64,000 nt of DNA from Squalus acanthias (taxonomy: Eukaryota), in assembly GCA_030390025.1 (NCBI GenBank), contig CM059432.1:48114001-48178000 (forward strand), written 5' to 3'. This document shows, piece after piece, positions 39,136-49,679 of the stretch (position 1 is the stretch's first letter; each line of letters begins with the position of its first letter). The notes under the pieces were generated by a model. It had not been told where the DNA came from. It was given only the letters and a program-made list of their open reading frames with translations, and did no database searches. The position numbers and the translations under genes are program-made.

Positions 39136-39380
39136 TGTAGCCAGCCTCCCAAGAGTCTCTGGCTTTTGTGAAGGGTGAGCGGGTCCCTTGACCTCGTCTC
39201 ACGTATAACGACATGTATGCTGGATAGACTTTAACTAATCCTATCTCTAACTCCCATCATTTATCTTTTACTTTTAAAATTAAACTACCAACTCACCAAA
39301 CTTACAAACTATAACTTAAACTTATAACTTATCCTTAACTTATAAACTGTACAGCGCCGCCCGTTCCCAGGGCGGCCTAC

Positions 39381-40493
39381 TCAAATTCTGCGAAGGCTGT
39401 TGCGAGCTTTTCCCAACGGTGGGAGGGCACTGACCCCTTCCTTTGATCCACCGCAGCCTGTCGCTGCTGCGCTGGGACTGGGATCTCCCTGGGCTGCCTT
39501 GACCTTGAACTTACGCCTGGGGGCGCGCGGGGGACTTGACCACACCTTCCTGGGCTTGGGTGTCCGACCTGACCTACGGAGGGCTACATTGGGCAAGATT
39601 TCCAGGGCCGACGGACCGGGTACTGAGACTTCCACCGTCGCGGCCTGTGGTCCCACCACAGCCGCTGGCTCCGTCTCCCCTGGCTCCGCCTCCCTGAACT
39701 CGGGATTTGCAGTTTCTGGTACCACCCTACTTGACCCAGTATGTGGTCCTCCACTCACAATCCCTACCTCCCCCAAGGGCAAGACTTCTAAGGCTGACGG
39801 ACCGGGTTCCGAGACTTCCACCGTCACGACCTGTGGTCCTACCACAGCCGCTGGCTCCGTCTCCCCTAGCTCCGCCCCCCTGGGCTCGGGACCTGCAGTT
39901 TCTGATTCCACCCTGTGTGGATCTCCGCTCACAATCCCTATCTCCCCTACGCTTGAGTCGAGGGCGAACCTTTCGTCCTCCGATCTCAGCACCTCTCCGA
40001 TCGGGTCACTATCTTGGTCGAGCTCCTCGAGCTCTTCCTCATCGGAATCCCAACCCCAAGAAAAGATCTTACACTTTCCTAGAATGTCCTCTCCCCTCAC
40101 GCAGGCTGCTTTACCGGTCTGTGTGCCCTGCGGTCCGACCCGGGGCTGCGAGTCCCCACTCGCAGGTCTGGCCCCTGTGGTTGGCCCCTGTGCACCCGGC
40201 TTATACAACTTGCACTGGTTTAAATCCTCAGACTCCCTGCTTCTGGCTACCCTGCAGGCTGCCTTTATATCTCTAAGCTGCCCTTCTAGCCCATCTATTT
40301 TCCCCATTAAGCGGGCGTTCTCCTCCCGTAAGGCCTGCTCTCTAAGCTGCCCTTCTAGCCCGTCTACTTTCCCCATTAAGCGGGCGTTCTCCTCCCGCAG
40401 GGCCTGCTCTTTTAACCTGGCCTCCTTACAGGAGACCCCCTCCTGTGCGCGTTTTCCTAGGGGACACAGGTAGGCAGGCTGCACCGGTTCTAG
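39381..40493 (-). CDS. ORF-X: unknown coiled-coil/acidic/repeat/basic protein in frame with gag
   Basis: 370 open codons directly after the gag TAA, with no ATG at the start of the frame. Frame-preserving internal duplications (69 bp; 58/62 aa). Confidence 0.65.
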   Translation of the reverse strand, partial: LEPVQPAYLCPLGKRAQEGVSCKEARLKEQALREENARLMGKVDGLEGQLREQALREENARLMGKIDGLEGQLRDIKAACRVARSRESEDLNQCKLYKPGAQGPTTGARPASGDSQPRVGPQGTQTGKAACVRGEDILGKCKIFSWGWDSDEEELEELDQDSDPIGEVLRSEDERFALDSSVGEIGIVSGDPHRVESETAGPEPRGAELGETEPAAVVGPQVVTVEVSEPGPSALEVLPLGEVGIVSGGPHTGSSRVVPETANPEFREAEPGETEPAAVVGPQAATVEVSVPGPSALEILPNVALRRSGRTPKPRKVWSSPPRAPRRKFKVKAAQGDPSPSAAATGCGGSKEGVSALPPLGKARNSLRRI

Positions 40494-42317
40494 TTATTGG
40501 GTACTGGTGGACGGGGTCATGACATCTGTGAGGCCGGTAGCGACTGCCACCCTTCCTTGCGAAATCATTAGGGTCCGCATGGCTCCCAACATTGATTCTA
40601 TCGCATCGGGATGGATAGGCACACCAGCTCCTTTCTCAGAGACAGGCGCTTGGGTTCGGGCTGCGGGAATTTTATCCCTGGACTCCTTCCAGGGGTTCCT
40701 ACAGTTCTTACGCCAATGACCTGTCTTCCCGCACCCGTAACAAGCACCACTGGCCTGTGGGGCGCGGTTTCCCTCCTGATGCCACTCCTTTTGAGCCGGG
40801 GCTGCGGGCCGTGCCTCATGCACCTTTCCCTTAAGGGGACGCGCTCCCGTGCTCCTAGTGTTCCGATACCCTATCGTGAGTCGATTTAGGACCGACTCCT
40901 CTGTTGTGGCGGGGTTAGTGGGATCAAACCACACTTTGGCCTGCTCCCTGACGGCTGGCAAACTGTTGGCTCCTAAACACCTGAGCCAGTGAGTTAAACC
41001 GACACCGTTCAAATAGGCGCGCGCTGGCGCACCTGGGCAGCTACGCTGGTATACTGGCCACAGCCTGTCGGCAAAAACCTTCGGGGGTTCTCCCTCCATC
41101 TCCACTGTCTGACCCAATCTAACGAACGGACCTTTGTCATCCGCCCCCAACACTTCTAGGACCTATTCCCTTAACTCCTCATAGGTCCTATTTTCCCTCT
41201 TGCTCTCGTCTGAGAGACACTGGAGGATCGAGCTATCTAATGAGAACAGCAACATTTTTGTCTTTTCCGCATCGTCGCAGCCATTAATTGCTGCGGTCTG
41301 TTCTACCTCCCTGAAGTGTACGGAAGGGTCGTCTGACTCAGACAGCTTCTGCACGTGACTAATCATTGCTCTCAGCTGGTGTGAGCTGTGAGGCAACACA
41401 AGCTGGTTCAGGACATCCCCGTCCTCCCCATTGGCTCCGTTCGGGCCCCTCTTGTGACCTGTGAGCGGACACAACGGTCCCGGCTTCGACACTACCTTTG
41501 GGGATTGTCCTACCTCGGGGACCTCCTCTTCTATTTCCACCACTTCCTCCCTTACCCAGGTTGCCGAATATCTGGGTGGCGCGGAGGGCGCAGTGGCAAA
41601 TACCTCCTCTGCTTTGTTTGGTAGGGATTTGGGGAATTCCCTACCCACCTGTGGCTGGTGTGCTGACGGGCTGATGAGGCACACCATGCCGTTTGCCTTA
41701 TTCAGGGCCTCTCTAAGGTTCCGTATCTCCTTCAGGCAAACACTGTGGTCGGCTCCCTCATGCTTATCTTCGAGGGCCATCTTATATGCCGCCCTAACTC
41801 CCTTCAAGCTTTCTTCTTGGGCTCTTATCTGGGTAGCTAGGCGGGCACACTGTTCTCTAATCCTACCCTCGTTTAACTTCGCTTCCGTGACCTGACACTC
41901 TAGGTAATCTATTTTAGCCTCATGGTGGTTGGCTACTATCTGGCGTTCCTGATGTAACGCATTCAAGGATGCGATGAGTTTTTGTCCTCCCGCGACCTTT
42001 TCCTCCATCTCAACTCCCAATTCCCTGATCTGAGCTGCCTGTGCTACAATGACCTGGTCCGAAAGTTGGACTTGCTTCTTGTAGCACATCAGCCAGACCG
42101 CTTTCTCTACCGACTTCTTGTGCTCTTTACTGCCTGTCCATTTGATGGCTGCATCTAGCGGACGCTTATCCATCAGCAGGTCACTTATCCATCTTTTGGT
42201 TAAGTTAACCTTCCCAAATACATAGTCGGCTATCCTCTCATCCATCACATTTCGCCCATTCACACCAGGGTCTAAAGCATTACTCTCTCGCTGCCAGTGT
42301 ACCTTCGTGGTCGCCAT
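40494..42317 (-). pseudogene. gag: Gag (coiled coil - capsid - CCHC nucleocapsid), ~607 codons, one in-frame TAG at 41163-41165
   Basis: ORFs 41163-42317 and 40494-41153 share a frame. MHR-like QTVEMEGEPPKVFADRLW. Zinc knuckle CYGCGKTGHWRKNC (C-X2-C-X4-H-X4-C) at 40701-40742. Confidence 0.88.
42299..42316 (-). promoter_or_regulatory. Primer-binding site, tRNA-Arg(UCG)-type
   Basis: TGGCGACCACGAAGGTAC lies 5 nt after the LTR end. It is complementary at 17/18 nt to the vertebrate tRNA-Arg-UCG 3' end ...GUCCCUUCGUGGUCGCCA, recalled from memory. Confidence 0.75.
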
Positions 42318-42321
42318 TTTC

Positions 42322-43990
42322 TGTAATGGGTTCGGTCGTGGGTGCTTGTGCGGGGTTAAGCCTTCGTCGCCTAATCCTATTGCTTGCTCTGGTCTCCGGC
42401 CAGCCTTGTTGCAATAAGCACCTGTGAGTGGTTCGACCCACTCACCCTTACGGTTCTAACACTGGACTTAGGTGCGAGAGCAGTAATGCAGAGAAAACTC
42501 AAATAGACCCGGTTGAATAGTACAAAATGGAAATCTTTATTGCATAACGTCCAAAATCATGAAGTACATGTCATAGGCACAAATTAATGACAGTACAAGT
42601 ATACATACATTCATAAAACTTGGTCTAGGGTAATGAGGAACGCACGGCACATCGTAAAAAGGGGAACACATTATATTTATCCTTAATAAAACCACCCTCC
42701 CCTATCAATACCTACACTAATCTAGATTTGTAGGATCGAGAAACATGCTCACCACTCGTGATACTTCGGAGAATTTTAAAGTGAGGCGCTCGGCTCGTTT
42801 CGCTGCAGCGCCTGACTGTCACGTGTTGAAAAGGGTCTCTGTACCCCACTTGTTTATCTGCTCTGCTCCGGCTAGCAGGCTGGATCGTCTGTTGTCATGA
42901 AAAACTGTGTAGAACTTGGACACTTGGTAGAATTCAAACAAGAGTCTTCCTGTACCAGTTCGTGTAGTATTCGGTAAAACTCGAAGATGAGGTTTTACCG
43001 GTTCGTGCAGTAACTTATAGAGTTCAAAAATGGTCTATATATTTTCGGGCGCGGTCGGGGTTTACTGACTGCGGCGGCACGTGTAGTCTTCTTCTTCTCT
43101 TCTCGTCTCGTCTCGTCTCTTCTGGCCTTCGGGTCCAGACACCGTTTACCGACCCTCGGGATGGTGCACCCGATCACTTGCCTTTGTTGAGGCGGCTCGT
43201 TCCGTTTGAGCTCCACCCAACATTCGAAGTCCAGCTCTCAAAAGAGCTTCAGCAGTCAGCAACAAGACAAGAGGTCGACTCCAAGTGGATCAGCGGAATA
43301 AGAGCCCGGAGAATAAGAGTTCAGCCCGAGTCAAAAGTCAGCAGAGATAAGAGACCGATGGACATTTGTTCACTATAGTTATAGTGCTGGGTTCCCTTAT
43401 CTCCCACCCAAATCTTAATGTTCATCTTTTGTAAAATCTTGGCGCTCAAAATTCCCAGTATGGGGTGATTCTGTCTGTAATGGGTTTCGGTAACACTTGT
43501 AACTGGCCAAATACCCGTTAATGTTTTTCCCATTGTGGAACCGGCTAGGAGCCTCCCTGGCGGGGTTTTGGGGGCCTCCGAATACTTGTGTAAGCACCCG
43601 AGAATGGCTCTCTCATTGTAGAGCCGTGGGGAATTTGCGTATTGATGTATCTGGATGGGCCTTTGATTGCCCAGTACAATAGTCCTTACTTGTACATGGA
43701 AAACGATTCCAGCACTTATATCTCTTGCTATTGTGTCGAATGCAGACAGGTCACATCCTGTCTTTATCAATGTTTGCTGAGTATTATCCAATCTTATACT
43801 GAAATGTTTATTCGAACGCCATCTTGTCTGCCCACTGAAAATTCTGGAAACTTCTGCCACGAGGTGTGGCGGCCATTTTACAGGCTTCTTGTGTCCGTTT
43901 TAATCATGACAGCATTTCGTTTAAATAAACTGCTTAAACGAATCTGTATTTCTCTCGTTATTTTGAATCGTGATATTTGCGAACTTTACA
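42322..43990 (-). mobile_element. LTR-B, 5' LTR (1669 bp)
   Basis: TGTA...TACA termini. TATATA at 43036-43041 and AATAAA at 42536-42541 on the minus strand. ~99% identical to LTR-A apart from the SINE. Confidence 0.95.
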
Positions 43991-45326
43991 CGTGAATCTA
44001 CACTGCATCCTTACCATGGATCAATTATATTTTCTATAATGGGGTGCTGAGAACTGCATGCAATACTCCAACTGTGGCTCAACCAAAGTATTGTACAAAT
44101 TCAACATCACTTCCTTCCTGTGTAGGTGTCAACCTTGGCTCAGTGGTAGCACCCTTTATCTCTAAATCAGAAGGTTGTGGGTTCAAGTCCCACCCCAGAG
44201 ACATGAACACATAATCTAAGCTGACATCTCAGTGCAGGACTGAGGGAGTGCTGCACTTTCAGAAGGTGCCAGTTGTTAAGATAAGACATTAAACCGAGAA
44301 TGGTAAGTCTGCCCTCTAAGGTAGGTGTAAAAGATCCTCTGGCATTAATTTGAAAATGAACAGGGAAGTTCTCCCTGGTTTCTGAGGGATCACCACTATT
44401 CTTTGTATAAGCACTTTCTTTTATTTTTGTACTATCTCTCACCTCTTTTGTTGACCAAGGTTGTTTAATTACACAAGTAGAGCTCTTGCCCTTTAGGGAG
44501 TACAGGACTTGTATTCTACCAAATACTAATTTGAACACCTCCCACTGTTTATCTGAAGTTTTATCCGTTAACTATTCTCCCCAGTTTACAGAGGTCAATT
44601 TCTGCCTCATCCTTTCAAAGTCAGCCTTACCTAAATTTAAAACCTTGGTTCATGACTCACACTTCTCCCTTTCAAACCTAAGGATAATTCCGAGGATAGT
44701 TAGACTAAAACATTGTGTAGTTCCAAGAATATTCCTTATCTGCCTTTTTAATCTTCAACATTTAAAGGTTAAATTATTTCTGCAGCTGTTATCTGAAGGC
44801 GTGTATTTGAAAGCTGAAAAGGACATTCATAAAAGAGCTAAATAGCCACCTGTACAAAAACAATACTCAACTAAAAGAGGTGTCTTAATATACTTAAATA
44901 GGAAATGCATTTAGATTAAGAAACCAGCTGCTAATATGTGCCACAACTACAGCAAAATTAGACATTAGAAATATTTCATTGCGTTGTTTATGGGATAATT
45001 CATCAGTGGACTGAGGAGTGGAACAATCACACGCAGAATGTAATGCAGGAGCAGTGAATGGAGCAGTTAGGTGAAGTGGGAGCTGGAGCAAGGATTGACT
45101 GGGACACCAGACACCAAGGTGAATCTGGAATGGAATGGGGTCAGCTTACTGTTATCTGGTAACTGAGAATGACAAGGTGTTGGGCCTGAGGAGGGTGCAC
45201 AAATTCCTGGGGCTGAAGCCAGGAGTGGAGGCATTATTAAAGCTGAGACTGGGAACAGAGATGTTCCTAGGGTTGAGAACACAAACAGACGTGTTGCTAG
45301 AGCTGAGGATGGGAGTGGTACTGAAG

Positions 45327-46250
45327 AGCATAAGAACATAAGAAATAGAAGCTGGAGTAGGCCATTCGGCCTTTCAAGCCTGCTCCACCATTCAATAAGA
45401 TCATGGCTGATCTTCTATCTCTTTACTAATACTGATTTCTTTAAGTTCCTCATTCTCACTGGGCCCTTGGTTCCCCAGTATTTCCGGAATGTTTTTTGTG
45501 TCATCTTTCATGAAGACAGATGCAAAGTATTTGTTTAATGTCCCTGCCATTTCCTTATTCTCCATTATAATTTCTCCTGTCTCTGCCTGTAAGGGACCCA
45601 CATTTACTTTCACTAATCTCTTCCTTTTTGCATACCTACAGAAGCTTTTACAATCTGTTTTATGCCTTACTAGTTTATTCTCATATTCTATTTTCTCTCG
45701 CCCTTCTTTGCTGAATTCTAAAATCCTCCCAATCCTCAGACTTACTATTCTTTTTGGCAACATTATAAGCCTCTTCCTTTAATCTAATACTATCTTTAAC
45801 TTCTCTTGTTAGCCAAGGTTGGACCACTTTTCTTGTGGGGTTTTTATTCTTTAAGAGAATGTATATTTGTTGTGAATTATGAATTATTTCTTTAAAAGTT
45901 TGTCATGACTTATTTACCGTCATATCTTTTAATCTAGTTTCCCAACCTACCTTAGCCAACTCGCCTCTCATACCTACGTAGTTTGCTTTGTTCAGGTTTA
46001 AAACCCTAGTTTCAGACTTAACAAAATCACTCTCAAACTCAACAAAAATTCTATCATATTATGATCACTGCTCCCCAGAGGCTCCTTCACTACAAGGTTA
46101 TTAATTAGCCCTGTCTCATTGCACAATACTAGATCTAAAATAGCCTGTTCCCTAATTGGTTCCTCGACATACTGATCCAGAAAACTATCTTGAATTCATT
46201 CCATGAACTCATCCTCTGCACTATTACTGCAAATTTGGTTTGCCCAGTCG
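45327..46250 (-). mobile_element. CR1 fragments (3' tail joined to mid-ORF2)
   Basis: KIEYENKL...KTDCKSFCRYAKRKRLVKVNVGPLQ, with a CATAAGAA tail at 45328. Confidence 0.8.
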
Positions 46251-46488
46251 ATATGAAAATTAAAGTCCACATATAAAATAGCAAATCCACTGATTTACCA
46301 TGAGCAATGCCATGTAAGATCCAATAGTACAATGTTAAAAAATGATACATCTGTTCCAACTTATAGATATAAGAATCAGCAAGTCTCCATAGCAATCCCA
46401 CTTTAAAAAAGACAAGAATTCCAGGCATTTTATCCTGTGTTTGGGACCTGTCGCCTGAACATAAATTAAACTCTCATTAACTCTCACT

Positions 46489-47968
46489 AACTTTCAGCCA
46501 ATGTCCCAGACACCTCCATTACCATCCCTGGGTATGTCCTGTCCCACCAGCAGGACAGACCCACCAGAGGTGGCGGCACAGTGGTATACAGTCAGGAGGG
46601 AGTGGCCCTGGGAGTCCTTAACATTGACTTCAGACCCCATGAAGTCTCATGGCTTCAGGTCAAGCATGGGCAAGGAAACCTGCTGATTACCAGCTACCAC
46701 CCTTCCTCAGCTGATGAATCAGTAATCCTCCATGTTGAACACCACTTGGAAGAAGCACTGAGGGTAGCAAGGGTACAGAATATACTCTGAGTGGGGGACT
46801 TCAATGTCCAGCACCAAAGTGGCTCAATGGCACCACTACTGACCGAGCTGGCCGAGTCCTGAAGGACATAGCTGCCAGTCTGGGCCTGCGACAGGTGGTG
46901 AGAAAACCAACATGAGGGAAAAACATACTTGACCTCACCAATCTACTTTTCACAGATGCATCTGTCCATGACAGCATTGGTAGCAGTGACCACCGCACAG
47001 TCATTGTGGAGACGAAGTCCTGTCTTCACACCGAGGACAGCCTCCATCATGTTGTGTGGCACTATCACCGTGCTAAATGGGATAAATTCAGAACAGATCT
47101 GGCTGCTCAAAACTGGGCATCCATGAGGCGCTGTGGGCCATCAGCAGCAGCAGAATTGTATTCCACCACTATCTGTAACCTCATGGCCCGGCATATCCCT
47201 CACTCTACCATTACCCTCAAGCCAGGGGACCAACCCTGGTTCAATGAGAAGTGCAGAAGAGCATGCCTGGAGCAGCAACAGGTATGCCTAAAAAATGCAG
47301 TGCCAAACTGGGGAAACTGCAACACAGGACTAAATGCATGCTAAACAGAGAAGCAGCATGCTAAGCGATCCCACAATCAACGGATCAGATCAAAGCTCTG
47401 CAGTCCTGCCACATCCAGTCGTAAATGGTGGTGGACAATTAAACAACTAATGTGATGGAATACTCTCCACTTGCCTGGATGAGTGCAGCTCCAACAACAC
47501 TCAAGAAGCTCAATACCATCCAGGTCAAAGCAGCCCGCTTGATTGGCACCCCATCCACCACCTTAAACATTCACTCCCTCCACCACCGGCGCACCGTGGC
47601 TGCAGTGTGTACCATCTACAAGATGCACTGCAGCAACTCGCCAAGGCTTCTTCGACAGGACCTCCCAAACCCACGACCTCTACCACCTAGAAGGACAAGG
47701 GCAGCAGAAGCATGGGAACACCATCAGCTGCAAGTTCCCCTCCAACTTACACACCACCCTGACTTGGAAATATATCGCCGTTCCTTCATCGTCGCTGGGT
47801 CAAAATCCTGGAACTCCCTCCCTAACAGCACTGTGTGAGTACCTTGACCACGGACTGCAGCGGTTCAAGAAGGCGGCTCACCACCACCTTCTCAAGGGCA
47901 ATTAGGGATGGGCAATAAATGCTGGCCTTGCCAGCGACGCCCATATCCCAGGAACGTATAAAAAAAAA
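46489..47968 (+). mobile_element. LINE of the 2334-6150 family with the RT core deleted at 47450/47451
   Basis: Colinear with 2891-3853, then jumps to the equivalent of ~5002. Complete 3' tail and A-run. Confidence 0.85.
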
Positions 47969-48237
47969 GCTCAATTGTTTCCTTCACCAAACAATTAAAA
48001 TCTGATTAATTTGAAGTATGGTTATTTACCAATTAGACTTTGTGGCCTTAGAGATGCAGCTTTTCCACAGAATAATACTTTCTGCATTATTAGGTATAAT
48101 ACAGTTGTCCTTGCAAAACAGTGTTTCTTCCTGCATACCATGAGCAAAACCACAGGAGATCCTTTAGAAATACATTAAAATTGCAGTTCATTCAGATGTT
48201 ACACCTTGTTACAGATTAAAGCAATCTTAAAACACTA

Positions 48238-49023
48238 GGGGGAAAAATTCGGTATCGCCCATTTTGTGGCGCTAATATCGGCCGGGCACAAAGTTTAGCG
48301 CTTGGCGCTAATTATCGCCTCCGACTGCAAAATTCGCCTCTATCGCCCCTGGAGGTGATTTGAGGCACCTCTCTTAAGGTGCAAACGTCAGGGAGCGGGA
48401 CGCTACCTCAGAACGCTACTGAAGCTCAGGCGATGCCAATTACCATGGAAGCCAGACAGACTGGCGCCGTCCAGTCCTTAAAGGAAAGGGGCCATCTTGC
48501 TGGCCAGCCACTCCCTGCTCATTGCAGCCTTGAATTTCGGCCTGACGAGACCTCAAAAGCAATTGTGTTGGAAGCACTAATGGATAGGCCCAGGGAAAGA
48601 GCTCAGCGCTTAGGAACCTCGAAAGTGGTGCTGAGGGCCACAACTCCTGAGGACAGCGTTAAAACCAAAAATTTTGCCGACAAGAAAAGGCAGGAAGCGC
48701 TCGCCTTTAAATAGTGCTCCCCCAGCCCCTTCCCGACTTGAAAACGTTCCCCTCTACCTGTCGTTCCTAGCGGCAGGCGCTAAGGCAGGGGGCGCGACTC
48801 AATATGTGGTCTGAGGCGCTACCGGGGCTTTGCACGCTTGACTGACATCACGATCTGCGGGTGCAGGAGATCATGGGGGTAGTTTTCAGCGCCGCCGCAA
48901 AACAACTGGTCAATTTCGCGAGGGGCGCTAAAATCGCCGCACTCAGGTGCTAAGTTCCTAGCGTCCCGTTAGCGCCCCCCTAAGGCGCTAAGGGGAGGCA
49001 CTAACCAACTGAATGTTTCCCCC
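48238..49023. mobile_element. Harbinger-type MITE (GC-rich), 3-bp TSD
   Basis: TIR GGGGAAAAATTC / GAATGTTTCCCC, with CTAG on both sides. Confidence 0.75.
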
Positions 49024-49364
49024 TAGGTGCTCTGAACGGCTGCCTGAAATTGACAATATAACAGCAACTTACATTTATGTAGCATTTTTAACATAAATAA
49101 ACATCCCAAGATACTTCACAAGTAAGCATAATAAAAATGGACAATGAGCCTGGAAGAGAACGATTAGGAAGGGTGACTGAAAGCTTGGTCAATGAGATGG
49201 GTATTGGGGAGATTTTTAAAAGGTGACGAGGTTTAGGGACAGAGTTCCAAGGATTAAGGCTGAGTCAGCTTGAAGCCATGCATCAATGTTGGGACAAAGA
49301 GTGGGATGCACAGGAAATCTGAGTCAGAGGAGCAGGATGCTCATCAAGGGATATAGGGCTGGAG

Positions 49365-49679
49365 GATCACAGAATCCCCACAGTGCAGATAGAGGCCATT
49401 TTGGCCCATCGAGTCTGCACCGGCACATATCCCACCCTATCCCCCATAACCCCACGTATTTAATCCCCCATAACACTAAGGGTCAATTTATCATAGCCAA
49501 ATCAACCTAACCTGCACATCTTTGGACTGTGGGAGGAAACCGGCGCACCCGAAGGAAACCCACGCAGACACGGGGAGAATGTGCAAACTCCACACAGACA
49601 GTCACCTGAGGCTGGATTTGAACCCAGGTCCCTGGTGCTGTGAGGCAACAGTGCTAACCACTATGCCACCGTGTTGCCC
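49365..49679 (-). mobile_element. V-SINE
   Basis: Reverse complement of the 34060-34300 head and V-domain. Confidence 0.85.

Larger units (their letters stand above)
36591..43990 (-). mobile_element. Endogenous retrovirus-like LTR element: 5' LTR - PBS - gag - ORF-X - env, with no pol; 3' end truncated
   Basis: See the component features. Only ~1.4 kb lies between the gag stop and the env ATG, and it carries no DTG/DSG, YxDD or integrase motifs. Confidence 0.88.

Noticed and set aside
39400..40473. 357-aa plus-strand ORF antisense to ORF-X
   Set aside because: Ser/Pro-rich shadow of a GC-rich repetitive coding strand, non-ATG start, no independent signals.
43321..43860. 179-aa ORF inside the LTR (also 35291-35830) as an accessory gene
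   Set aside because: It starts at GTG and has no recognisable motifs. It is shared only by two ~99% identical copies and is broken into different frames in the diverged LTR at 61451-63204. Not fully excluded.
33834..43990. Canonical intact provirus bounded by LTR-A and LTR-B
   Set aside because: 630 bp of host flank lies between env and LTR-A, there is no PPT, and LTR-A has its own TSD on both sides.
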